Under the pieces are notes generated by a model. It did not search any database, was not told the origin of the DNA, and saw only the letters and a list, made by a program, of their open reading frames with translations. This document shows positions 9,983-19,037 of a stretch of DNA of 64,000 nucleotides, piece by piece; position 1 is the first letter of the stretch, and each line of letters begins with the position of its first letter. This DNA comes from Deinococcales bacterium (GTDB taxonomy: Bacteria > Deinococcota > Deinococci > Deinococcales > JAAFIG01). The position numbers and the translations under genes are program-made. The DNA is taken from NCBI GenBank assembly GCA_031414595.1, contig JANNVX010000041.1, positions 96,001 to 160,000 of the forward strand, in the 5' to 3' direction.

Positions 9983-10018
9983 TTACCTAAGTATAAATGA
10001 TTGGACTATTCTTGTCAA
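9974..10018 (-). promoter_or_regulatory. Consensus sigma70 promoter and palindromic ArsR operator over the start codon
   Basis: Minus strand TTGACA-17bp-TATACT-7nt-GTG(9982); inverted repeat CTTAGG-6bp-CCTAAG at 9974-9991. Confidence 0.75.
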
Positions 10019-10144
10019 GTCGCATTTTTGATAAACCATTACGTAATTAGACAATTTTGGTAACACTGGCTATAGTATGACGGTTTTGCACTCGAGCCAC
10101 GGCATGGTCTTGCACTCGAGCCAAAAAAGCCGCATACTCGAGTT

Positions 10145-10795
10145 GTGCATTTATATTTAGATACCGCCATCGTCGAAGAAGTCCGTGAAATCGCTGCTTG
10201 GGGCGTTTTGAGTGGTTGTACCACCAATCCTAGCCTGATTTTGGCTTCGGGTCGAAAATTCGAGGAAGTCATTTCCGAGATTATCGAACTGGTCAAGGGT
10301 CCGGTTTCTGCCGAAGTGACGGCGCTAGACACGGCTGGAATGATTAGCCAAGGTAAGGAACTGCGTAAAATCTCAAATCATGTAGTGGTTAAACTGCCGA
10401 CCAACCCAGAAGGTTTAGCCGCTTGCCGTGCTTTGTCCGATGATGGACACCCAGTCAACATGACTTTGTGCTTTTCGATGAACCAAGCAATTTTGATGGC
10501 TCGAGCCGGTGCAGCTTATATTTCGCCGTTCCTTGGGCGTGTGGATGACATCAGCCAAGATGGGATGCAACTCATTAAAGACATTCGCCTGATGCTCGAC
10601 ACCCATGACTTAAAAAGCCAGATTATTGCTGCCAGTATCCGCCACCCAATGCACGTTCACCAAGCTGCTTTGGCAGGAGCGCACATTGGCACGATGCCCG
10701 CAAAAATCTTTCAAATGCTGATTAAGCACCCTTTAACCGATGCTGGGTTAGAAAAATTCAATAGCGATTGGGAAAAAGCCAAGAAGAACCAGTAA
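10145..10795 (+). CDS. tal: Transaldolase / fructose-6-phosphate aldolase (small TalC/Fsa type)
   Basis: LDTA, GCTTNPSL, VVVKLP, NMTL, YISPFLGR, AASIR. Confidence 0.93.
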   Translation: MHLYLDTAIVEEVREIAAWGVLSGCTTNPSLILASGRKFEEVISEIIELVKGPVSAEVTALDTAGMISQGKELRKISNHVVVKLPTNPEGLAACRALSDDGHPVNMTLCFSMNQAILMARAGAAYISPFLGRVDDISQDGMQLIKDIRLMLDTHDLKSQIIAASIRHPMHVHQAALAGAHIGTMPAKIFQMLIKHPLTDAGLEKFNSDWEKAKKNQ

Positions 10796-10829
10796 AAATT
10801 TGGTATTCAAAATCATAAGTACAACCCCG

Positions 10830-10860
10830 AAATGTTTTAGAGTTCTTTGCTAAAACATTT
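10830..10860. terminator. Hairpin downstream of tal
   Basis: Inverted repeat AAATGTTTTAG-9bp-CTAAAACATTT. Confidence 0.45.
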
Positions 10861-10997
10861 CCGACCAACGGGAGTACGGACAACGTATCTCACGCCGAAG
10901 TGACAGAATTGACGCTTTTTGGAAATTCTAAAACGAAGGTGGGAGATACTTAGTTCAAAACTTGGGTGTAGATTGAAAAAAATGCTATTGTTACGTT

Positions 10998-11486
10998 ATG
11001 AGCGAAAAAATTCAGGATGCACTTCAGTTTCAATTTGCCGCTTCATTGCAAATGCTTGGTAATGCCATTGGTGCTTGCCCAGATGAAGTTTGGGGCGATC
11101 AAATCAGTTACTATGAATTTTGGTATTATGCGTATCATACCATTTTCTGGACAGATTTTTACTTATCAGGTATACCAGAAGAAGAATTTAGTCCACCTGC
11201 ACCGTTTACCCTTGGTGAATTTGAAGCCGATGTCTTACCGCCTCGAGTTTATCGCCAAACAGAATTACTCGAGTACCTCGAGTCTGTCAAAATCAAGTGC
11301 AAATCACATATTTTGAGCTTAACTGCCGAAAACATGATGCAGCACCTCACAATTTGGCGGCGTGATTACAGCCATCTCGAGTGGTTGCTGTATAACTTGC
11401 GTCATGTTCAACACCATGCCGCCCAACTGAATTTATTGTTGCGACAACGCACCAATAGCGTACCAAACTGGGTATCAAGGGGCTGA
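10998..11486 (+). CDS. DinB family protein
   Basis: YHTIFW.D.YL and YNLRHVQHHAAQL histidine motifs. Confidence 0.88.
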   Translation: MSEKIQDALQFQFAASLQMLGNAIGACPDEVWGDQISYYEFWYYAYHTIFWTDFYLSGIPEEEFSPPAPFTLGEFEADVLPPRVYRQTELLEYLESVKIKCKSHILSLTAENMMQHLTIWRRDYSHLEWLLYNLRHVQHHAAQLNLLLRQRTNSVPNWVSRG

Positions 11487-11500
11487 ACCATTATTGTGGC

Positions 11501-12922
11501 TTATGTCCGAGCATAAGCCGCTCTAAACTTGGCTCGAGTTTGCTGCAACACCTCAAGATTGGCGTTAGGTTGGGCAATTAATTTGGCTTTTTGCAGCCTT
11601 TGCGTGGTCTGAAAAGCATTCTTAAAAGTACCAATGCCAAGGGCTGCCAATAATGCCGCGCCTCTGGCACTGGCGTTGCTTGTGCCGCTCGAAAAAAGCG
11701 GTTTCTCGAGAACATCACAAAGCAGTTGTTGCCAGCGTGAGTCGAGTGTGCCGCCGCCAACCAGTTGTAATTCTGGGATGATCAAGCCAGTCTGCTCGAG
11801 GGCGCTCAGTCCGTCTTGAATACCAAACGCCACACCCTCAAGGGCGGCTCGAGCCAAATGCGCTTTTTCGTGCTGTAAGCCTAAATTGAGAAATGCACCT
11901 CGGGCGTTTGGGTTTAAGTGCGGGGTGCGTTCACCACTTAAATACGGTAAAAAAATCAAATTTTGGCTGTTGGGTACGCTAAACGCCAAGTCATGGAAAG
12001 TTGCCCAGTCTATACCAAGCCAGCCCCTGACCCGCTCGAGCGCCAAGCCAGCATTTTGCATCGCGCTCATGGCATAGTATTTGGCATTACTCTCGAGAAC
12101 AGTGCGGTAACAATGGGTAGATTTTCCAAATTGAGCGCTTGGGATTGGCACAATAATTTGTGCGCCAGTCCCGACACTTAATTGGGCTGTGCCAGTTTCT
12201 AAAATCCCGTTACCAAGCATCGCGCAGGGTGTATCTCCGCCGCCAATTGCCACGGGAATCCCCACAGGCAAACCAAGATGCAGCGCTGCTTCTCGGGTTA
12301 AACCCCCAGCAATAGAAGTAGAGGCAAGCACTTTCGGCACAATTTGCGGTAACTCGAGGGTATCAAAAACATCCCAAGCCCAATCGTTGGTTTGAAGGTC
12401 GTACAACAAGGTCGCAGACGCATCTGAAGGGTCGGTTGCAACTGTGCCAGTTAAACAAAATCGCAACCAATCTTTGGGTAGTAAAGCCCATTTAACCCCA
12501 TCTAGCCCGAAGTTTTTCCTGTACCAAAGCAGGGTCGCGCCCATCATCCCAGCCACAATTGGGTTGCTTAATCGCTCGAGTTGAGATGTTGCTAATTTTT
12601 TGTAGTCCTCGAGAACACTGCTCGAGCGATTATCTGACCACAAAATTGCATTTTGAATTGGTTGGCAATGTGCATCACAAAGCACTGTGCCGTGCATCTG
12701 CCCAGATAAGCCTATCGCAGAAACTTCTGCCCCATAACTGCCAATCGCTTCTCGAGCCGCCGCCCCAATCGCTTCCCACCACTCGAGCGGATTGCTCTCT
12801 GCCCAACCGTTCTGAGGTGCAATGACTGCATAGCTTCTCGAGGCTTGACCCAGCACCACCCAATCAGCACTTAAAAGCAGCGCCTTACAAGAACCCGTGC
12901 CAAGGTCAAGTCCTAGAAGCAT
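11501..12922 (-). CDS. xylB: Xylulokinase (FGGY sugar kinase)
   Basis: LGLDLGTGSCK, SGQMHG, GGGD, PYLSGERTP, ALEGVAF. Confidence 0.85.
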   Translation of the reverse strand: MLLGLDLGTGSCKALLLSADWVVLGQASRSYAVIAPQNGWAESNPLEWWEAIGAAAREAIGSYGAEVSAIGLSGQMHGTVLCDAHCQPIQNAILWSDNRSSSVLEDYKKLATSQLERLSNPIVAGMMGATLLWYRKNFGLDGVKWALLPKDWLRFCLTGTVATDPSDASATLLYDLQTNDWAWDVFDTLELPQIVPKVLASTSIAGGLTREAALHLGLPVGIPVAIGGGDTPCAMLGNGILETGTAQLSVGTGAQIIVPIPSAQFGKSTHCYRTVLESNAKYYAMSAMQNAGLALERVRGWLGIDWATFHDLAFSVPNSQNLIFLPYLSGERTPHLNPNARGAFLNLGLQHEKAHLARAALEGVAFGIQDGLSALEQTGLIIPELQLVGGGTLDSRWQQLLCDVLEKPLFSSGTSNASARGAALLAALGIGTFKNAFQTTQRLQKAKLIAQPNANLEVLQQTRAKFRAAYART

Positions 12923-12963
12923 AAAAACAGAAAAAGAAAAACCCTAATGAATTATTTTTCAGT

Positions 12964-13070
12964 GGGCAAGGCTTCTTGCCCATAAACGCGCACCTAACGG
13001 GCATGGTCGCATGCCTTGCCCCTACGGTTTAGAACAGCTTTTACCGTAGGGGTGAGGCATGCCTCACCCT
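12964..13070. repeat. Inverted doublet of GTAG-type REP elements; the left copy carries a conserved insert
   Basis: GGGCAAGGC[insert]ATGCCTTGCCCCTACGGT, a 14-bp spacer, then ACCGTAGGGGTGAGGCATGCCTCACCCT. Confidence 0.85.
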
Positions 13071-13147
13071 TTGCGGTCAATGATGATTCATTCCCAAATC
13101 GGGAAATTGATTTTAGATAAATCATAAACCTTCCTTTTTCCCTAGCA

Positions 13148-13930
13148 TCATGCTAGTACCTCATTTGGAATATCTTCGACTTTCATTGCCCCTGTCATAA
13201 TCGCAACCGTGTCGGACATGCTGATTTTCTTGGGATTAACCACGGCGGCGCGTTTACCAAGGCGTTGGACATGAATTCGGTCGGCGATTTCAAAAACGTG
13301 TGGCATGTTGTGGCTAATGATAATCACAGGTAAACCACTTTCACGCACTCGGCGGATTAAATCGAGTACCATATTGCCTTCTTTGACCCCTAAAGCGGCA
13401 GTTGGTTCGTCCATAATCACCACATGGCGGGCAAAGGCAGCACTGCGAGCCACAGCCACACCTTGACGCTGCCCACCAGATAAGGTCTCGACCGCTTGGC
13501 TCATGCTGCGAATACCTATTTTTAAGCCAGCCATGTGATTGGTGGCTTCTTCTAACATTTTTTTGTGGTCAATCACCCGAAAGAGTTTTGCTAAGAAGCC
13601 CGGGCGCAGAATTTCGCGTCCTAAAAATAAGTTCTCGGCTATCGTCATGGCGGGGGCAACCGCTAGGTCTTGATAAACCGTTTCGATGCCGTGCTGCCGT
13701 GCATCTATTGGGCTACGGAATTTGACGGGTTTACCATCGAGCATTATCTCGCCAGAATCGGGAATGGTTGCGCCAGACAGGGCTTTAATTAAACTGCTTT
13801 TGCCCGCGCCATTATCACCAATCACAGCCAGGATTTCACCGGCTCGCAGTAAAAAATCTGTGCCATCCAAGGCGGTCACTTGTCCGTAACGTTTGACCAG
13901 ATTTTTAGCTTCAAAAATCGTCTCTGTCAT
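13148..13930 (-). CDS. frcA: Sugar ABC transporter ATP-binding protein (FrcA-like, single ABC domain)
   Basis: GDNGAGKS, LSGGQRQ, MDEPTAAL, ISHN; GAGGTG RBS before ATG 13930. Confidence 0.85.
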   Translation of the reverse strand: MTETIFEAKNLVKRYGQVTALDGTDFLLRAGEILAVIGDNGAGKSSLIKALSGATIPDSGEIMLDGKPVKFRSPIDARQHGIETVYQDLAVAPAMTIAENLFLGREILRPGFLAKLFRVIDHKKMLEEATNHMAGLKIGIRSMSQAVETLSGGQRQGVAVARSAAFARHVVIMDEPTAALGVKEGNMVLDLIRRVRESGLPVIIISHNMPHVFEIADRIHVQRLGKRAAVVNPKKISMSDTVAIMTGAMKVEDIPNEVLA

Positions 13931-13932
13931 AC

Positions 13933-14931
13933 TCACCTCGAGTTCTTGCCTTTTGAAAGTTGGTCTACCGCCACAGCCACAATCACCAGTACACCAGTAA
14001 TCAGAATTTGTACCTCGGAACGTGCGCCCATCAGGGTTAAGCCACTGCGAAAAACCCCACTGATTAACGCCCCAACAATTGTACCAATCAGTAAACCGCG
14101 CCCACCGAACAGGCTTGTGCCGCCAAGTACCACTGCCGTTATCGAGTCTAAATTCTCGGTCTGTCCTGCGTTGGGGTTGCCAATGCCGTATCTCGAGACC
14201 GATAACCAACCCGCAATGCCGTAAATCAGTCCAGCCAAGGTATAAACCATCAGTAAGACCCGTTGGGTTGGAATGCCAGTCAAACGAGCCGCTTCTGGGT
14301 TGTTGCCAACCGCGTACAAGTGTCTACCGGGGGCGGTGTTACTTAAAGCCCATGAAATAGCAGTGAATAAAAAAAGTGTTAAGGCAATGCCCGTGCCGTA
14401 GCCAATGGTGATACCACCAATTGCAATATCTTGTTTGAACCACAATAAAATCGAAGATTCATCACTGACCGTAATGGTTTGGGCTTGGGTGTAAATTTGG
14501 GTGATCGCAAAAGCGATATTCAGTGTGCCAAGCGTGACAATAAACGGTGGAAGTTTTAAGGTTGTGACCAGTAAGCCATTCAAGAAACCAAAGCCAGTGC
14601 TGACGGTTAAGCCAATCAGTAAACTAACAGGGGCTGGCAAACCAAAATCGGCGGCGAGTTTGGTCATTAACATTGTACTGAGCGCCATCACCATACCGCA
14701 AGATAAATCAATCCCACCGGTTAGAATAATCAGGGTTTGTCCAATTGCCAGCACCGCCACAACCATGACCTGCGAGATGATTAAAGCGCCATTATTGGGG
14801 GTGAGAAAATTAGGATGTTGGGTTGCGAAAAATCCAATCGATAAGAACAGTGCCAAAATTGGACCAAGTACCGAAATACTCGGTAGTTTCTCGAGCCAAT
14901 TGTTTTTATTTTGTGTGCCTTGGTTTGTCAT
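13933..14931 (-). CDS. frcC: Sugar ABC transporter permease (FrcC-like)
   Basis: GGIDLS, PPFIVTLG, GNNPEAARLTGI, AVVLGGTSLFGG. Confidence 0.85.
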   Translation of the reverse strand: MTNQGTQNKNNWLEKLPSISVLGPILALFLSIGFFATQHPNFLTPNNGALIISQVMVVAVLAIGQTLIILTGGIDLSCGMVMALSTMLMTKLAADFGLPAPVSLLIGLTVSTGFGFLNGLLVTTLKLPPFIVTLGTLNIAFAITQIYTQAQTITVSDESSILLWFKQDIAIGGITIGYGTGIALTLFLFTAISWALSNTAPGRHLYAVGNNPEAARLTGIPTQRVLLMVYTLAGLIYGIAGWLSVSRYGIGNPNAGQTENLDSITAVVLGGTSLFGGRGLLIGTIVGALISGVFRSGLTLMGARSEVQILITGVLVIVAVAVDQLSKGKNSR

Positions 14932-14993
14932 ATTCACCCTGACTTTACTCTTTTTGGAGTGATTGAATCGCACTCGATGCTCGAGTGATTGAG

Positions 14994-15019
14994 AAGAGGG
15001 CGCGAATTTGCGCCCTCTT
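14994..15019 (-). terminator. Intercistronic hairpin between the binding-protein and permease genes
   Basis: AAGAGGGCGC-6nt-GCGCCCTCTT. Confidence 0.6.
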
Positions 15020-15127
15020 TTGTGCTTGGAGGAGTGGGAAACCCGTCACCCCTCGAGACGGATTTCCCAGATATGAAGTCGTTTTCCTCGAGCCTCATAG
15101 CCCATAGCTCAAGACTCAAAGCTCTTC

Positions 15128-16117
15128 TTAGTTGCCCCAGCAGTTGGCAAGTCCGAATGCGACATTCTTGCTACCAATACCGACCAAAGCACGCTTGGCA
15201 ATTAAGGTCACGCCAGTGTCCACATAGCCCTTGGCTTTGACACCAGTCTTGGCGTATTTGACACCCGCAGCCACACCCAAAGCAGCCATTTTCAGTGGGT
15301 ATTGTTGGCTGGTTGCCACAATCACGTTCTTGTCTACGTTACGAACGCCTTCACAGCCACCGTCTACGCTAAAAATAGCGGCGGTTTTCTTGGCAGCTTT
15401 AAGGGCTTGGAATGCACCTGCGGCGGCTGGTTCGTTGATCGTGTAAACCACGTTAATGTCTGGGTTTTTCTGCAAGCAGTTTTCCATGGCGGTTTGACCT
15501 TTGGCTTGGTCGCCGAAGGTATCTTGGCTGCATACAACTTGGGCAGTGGTGGCAAGGTCTGCTGTGTCTGCGTCTATGTTATCTGCGCCTAAACCAGCCA
15601 AAAAGCCGTTGTGACGAGCAATCCCAACTGGATGACCAGGGAAAAGGTCGAGCATCGCAATTTTAAGGGTTTTGCCTTTGAGTTGGGCGGCGGCGTATTC
15701 ACCAATCAGAACGCCAGCCTTAAAGTTGTCGGTAGCATAGAGTGCGTCTACGGCATCGGCTGGTTCGGTTGGGCTGTCAAGCGCAATCACTTGAACACCA
15801 GCCGCTTGGGCTTTTTTGATGGCTGGAACGATTGCCTTAGAATCTGATGGGGTAATCAGAATAGTTTGTGCGCCAGCCGCTACAAAGTTCTCAATCGCAG
15901 CCACTTGCCCAGCGTTGTCACCGTCTTGCTTACCGGCAGCACTTAAGAATTTTGCACCCAAACGAGCCGCTTCTTTTGAAGCACCTTCTTTCATTTTGAC
16001 AAAAAACGGGTTGGATTCGGTTTTGGTGATTAAACCAATGATTGGTGACTTGCCTTGGGCAAGTGCCAATGCCAAGGTGCTTACGCCAAGGGCAGCTAAC
16101 AGAGCAATTTTACGCAT
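15128..16117 (-). CDS. frcB: Sugar ABC transporter substrate-binding protein (FrcB-like, fructose/ribose/mannose type)
   Basis: Signal peptide; LITKTESNPFFVKMKEGA; INEPAAAGA; SVDGGC; ATSQQYP. Confidence 0.85.
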   Translation of the reverse strand: MRKIALLAALGVSTLALALAQGKSPIIGLITKTESNPFFVKMKEGASKEAARLGAKFLSAAGKQDGDNAGQVAAIENFVAAGAQTILITPSDSKAIVPAIKKAQAAGVQVIALDSPTEPADAVDALYATDNFKAGVLIGEYAAAQLKGKTLKIAMLDLFPGHPVGIARHNGFLAGLGADNIDADTADLATTAQVVCSQDTFGDQAKGQTAMENCLQKNPDINVVYTINEPAAAGAFQALKAAKKTAAIFSVDGGCEGVRNVDKNVIVATSQQYPLKMAALGVAAGVKYAKTGVKAKGYVDTGVTLIAKRALVGIGSKNVAFGLANCWGN

Positions 16118-16193
16118 GGTGGTTCTCCTATTTTGAAAGAGGGCGAATGACCGAAAATCTGACGGATAATTGAACGCCTAAATTACTCGTTCG

Positions 16194-17213
16194 TTAAGAA
16201 AGCACTTGGATGGGCGGTGGAGCGGTGCTAAAGCGTTGAATAAAGTTGGTGGCTAAACGAATCTGAATCGGTTTTTGGGTTCTGCCACGCTCGAGTCGGT
16301 CAAGTAAGGTTTCGCAGGCAAGGTAAGCCAATTCGTAAGCTGGTTGGGCGACCACGGTAATACTGGGTTGTAAGAGTTTTGCCCAACGTGAATCGTCAAA
16401 ACCAACAATGCTTAGGTCGGCAGGGATAACCAGTCCTAAATCTCTGGCGGCAAAAATTGCCCCAATCGTCATTTCGTTGTTTCCGACAAACAGGGCGGTT
16501 GGGCGTTCACCTTCGGGTCTCGAGAGCAGATTATGGGTAGCTAAGCGTCCACCGTCTTCACGATGATTGCCAGTTTGTACGAGGTCGTCACGGTACGTGA
16601 TACCCGCTTCGGCGAGGGCTTCTTTATACCCAGTATGGCGCTCGACGGCGGTAGATATATCAAGGCTACCTGCAATCATGCCAATCCGTTTGTGTCCAAG
16701 GCTGGTCAGGTGTTGCACGGCGGTTCTCGAGCCGCCAATGTTATCTACCATGATTGTGTGTGCGCCTTTCAGTCCACTGGCACGGTCAAGTTCGATAACT
16801 GGCAAGTTGCCAATTAAACCTAAGTTTTCTTGTGCGCCAGCCGTTGGCATGATAATTAAACCTTGTGGCATGTGGCTGCGTAGACTCTCTAGGGCTTTGC
16901 GTTCTTTATCCGAGTCTTCGTCGGTGTTAAACATAAAGACGGTATAATCGCGTTTGGCAGCCGCATCTTGAACCCCTTTGGCGAGCATCGCGTTACCGGG
17001 GTTCAGCACATCGGAGATGATTAGACCAATGCTCTGGCTTTGTCCGCGCCGCAGCGCACTGGCTAACTGATTGGGCTGGTAGCCAAGTTGATTGGCAATC
17101 TCGAGAACCCGTTCGCGGGTTTTGGTGTTGACCAAATCCGGACGGGTAAACGCCCTCGAGACGGTGGCTCGAGAAACTTGGGCGAGATTGGCTACTTGGT
17201 CTACATCAATCAT
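16194..17213 (-). CDS. LacI family transcriptional regulator
   Basis: VANLAQVSRATVSR, YQPNQLASAL, DLSIVGFDD. Confidence 0.95.
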   Translation of the reverse strand: MIDVDQVANLAQVSRATVSRAFTRPDLVNTKTRERVLEIANQLGYQPNQLASALRRGQSQSIGLIISDVLNPGNAMLAKGVQDAAAKRDYTVFMFNTDEDSDKERKALESLRSHMPQGLIIMPTAGAQENLGLIGNLPVIELDRASGLKGAHTIMVDNIGGSRTAVQHLTSLGHKRIGMIAGSLDISTAVERHTGYKEALAEAGITYRDDLVQTGNHREDGGRLATHNLLSRPEGERPTALFVGNNEMTIGAIFAARDLGLVIPADLSIVGFDDSRWAKLLQPSITVVAQPAYELAYLACETLLDRLERGRTQKPIQIRLATNFIQRFSTAPPPIQVLS

Positions 17214-17226
17214 TATGGTGTCCTTT

Positions 17227-17355
17227 TGCAATCGAATGCAGTTATCTCGAGGCGAAAAGTAGACATAGAAGGCTTTTTTTGCCTAAATTTATACTTTTTC
17301 GACTTTGTATTGCAATCGTTTGCAAAGTATACGCAGTTTGCAAGACGGTTTGCAA
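17227..17355. promoter_or_regulatory. Cluster of LacI-type operators
   Basis: TGCAATCGAATGCA (17227-17240), TTGCAATCGTTTGCAA (17310-17325) and TTGCAAGACGGTTTGCAA (17338-17355); CG-centred palindromes upstream of lacI. Confidence 0.7.
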
Positions 17356-17431
17356 GTATCTTGGAATACATAAGGTTAAGGACACAAACCCAAAGAACTC
17401 GTAGTCTCGAGAAACACGCTAGAATCAGACC

Positions 17432-19036
17432 ATGCACCTATTATCAACCAATCCTTACGCCAGTCACCGTCACTCGAGTTACGGCACATATGGCGCGGTT
17501 GCCACCAGCCAAGCGCTGGCGGCTCAGGCTGGGCTGCAAATACTGCGGGCTGGAGGAAACGCGGTAGATGCGGCGATTGCCACTGCCGCTTGCCTAACGG
17601 TGGTTGAACCCACCAGCAATGGTATCGGCGGCGATGCCTTTGCCCTTGTTTGGGATGGCACAAAACTGCATGGTTTGAACGCTTCGGGACGCTCTCCACA
17701 GAATCTTTCAAAAACACTGCTCGAGGGGCAAGGACACAGCACCATGCCACAACAAGGCTGGCTCAGTGTGACTGTACCAGGAGTACCCGCCGCTTGGCGA
17801 GATTTACACCAGAAATTTGGACGCTTACCGTTTGAAGAACTGCTCGAGCCAGCTATTTTCTATGCCGAGCATGGGTTTGTGGTTTCAAGTACCGTCGCCA
17901 GATTCTGGGCGTATGCTGCCCAAAAATATGCACTGCTCGAGGGGCAAGAATTTAAGCCTTGGCTCGATACCTTTACAAGAGATTCACGTAGCCCACAAGC
18001 GGGTGAAAAGTTCTTAATGCCAGACCATGCCAGAACTTTGCGCCGAATCGCCCAAACTTACAGCCAAGATTTTTATACAGGCAGCCTCGCCCAACAAATC
18101 GAAGATTTTGCAGCCCAGACTGGCGGGGTCATCACCCAAGCCGATTTACGCGCCCACAGCAACACTTGGGTTGACCCAATCGGCACCAATTATCGGGGCT
18201 ATGATGTTTGGGAAATCCCACCCAACGGACAAGGGATTGCCACTTTAAGCGCCCTCAATATCCTTGAAGGTTTTGATTTGTCGCGTCTGGCTCGAGACAG
18301 CGTGGAAAGTTATCATTTACAACTCGAAGCCATGAAACTCGGGTTTTCCGATGCCTTAGCCTATGTTGCCGACCCGACTCGAGTGAGTGTCCCTACGGCT
18401 GGGCTGCTGGATAAAGCCTATGCTGCCGAGCGCCGAGCCCTGATTGGTGAAATGGCATTGCTGCCTAGCCCCGGACAACCACCCAAAGGCGGCACGGTCT
18501 ACTTATGCACTGCCGATTCAGACGGGATGATGGTCAGTTATATCCAAAGTAATTACGCTGGTTTTGGCAGTGGGATTGTGATTCCAAATACGGGTATTGC
18601 CCTGCAAAACCGAGGCGCAAATTTTAATCTCGAGACCAACCACCCAAACTGTTTTGAACCAAATAAACGCCCCTACCACACGATTATTCCAGCTTTTCTA
18701 AGTAAAGATAACCAAGCCATCGGCGCTTTTGGGGTGATGGGCGGATTTATGCAGCCGCAAGGACACCTGCAAATGATTGTCAACACCATAGATTACAACT
18801 TGCATCCACAAGCAGCCCTAGACGCACCACGTTGGCAATGGACGGAACAAAAAAACATTGAACTCGAGATGCAGACCCCACAACATCTTGCCCAAGCACT
18901 ACGCGCCAAAGGACATAATGTACACCTTCAACTCGAGAGTGGCAGTTTTGGACGCGGACAGATTGTTTGGAAAATTGGCGATGCCCTGATAGCAGGGACA
19001 GAATCCAGATGTGACGGTGCAGCCTTGGTGTACTGA
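17432..19036 (+). CDS. ggt: Gamma-glutamyltransferase family (Ntn hydrolase)
   Basis: GGNAVDAA, PPNGQG, GGTVY nucleophile Thr, KRPYHTIIP, GVMGG. Confidence 0.93.
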   Translation: MHLLSTNPYASHRHSSYGTYGAVATSQALAAQAGLQILRAGGNAVDAAIATAACLTVVEPTSNGIGGDAFALVWDGTKLHGLNASGRSPQNLSKTLLEGQGHSTMPQQGWLSVTVPGVPAAWRDLHQKFGRLPFEELLEPAIFYAEHGFVVSSTVARFWAYAAQKYALLEGQEFKPWLDTFTRDSRSPQAGEKFLMPDHARTLRRIAQTYSQDFYTGSLAQQIEDFAAQTGGVITQADLRAHSNTWVDPIGTNYRGYDVWEIPPNGQGIATLSALNILEGFDLSRLARDSVESYHLQLEAMKLGFSDALAYVADPTRVSVPTAGLLDKAYAAERRALIGEMALLPSPGQPPKGGTVYLCTADSDGMMVSYIQSNYAGFGSGIVIPNTGIALQNRGANFNLETNHPNCFEPNKRPYHTIIPAFLSKDNQAIGAFGVMGGFMQPQGHLQMIVNTIDYNLHPQAALDAPRWQWTEQKNIELEMQTPQHLAQALRAKGHNVHLQLESGSFGRGQIVWKIGDALIAGTESRCDGAALVY

Positions 19037-19037
19037 T

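Noticed and set aside
13931-14209. N-terminal extension of the 353-aa ABC ATPase ORF
   Set aside because: It overlaps the permease in another frame; RBS and homology start at ATG 13930
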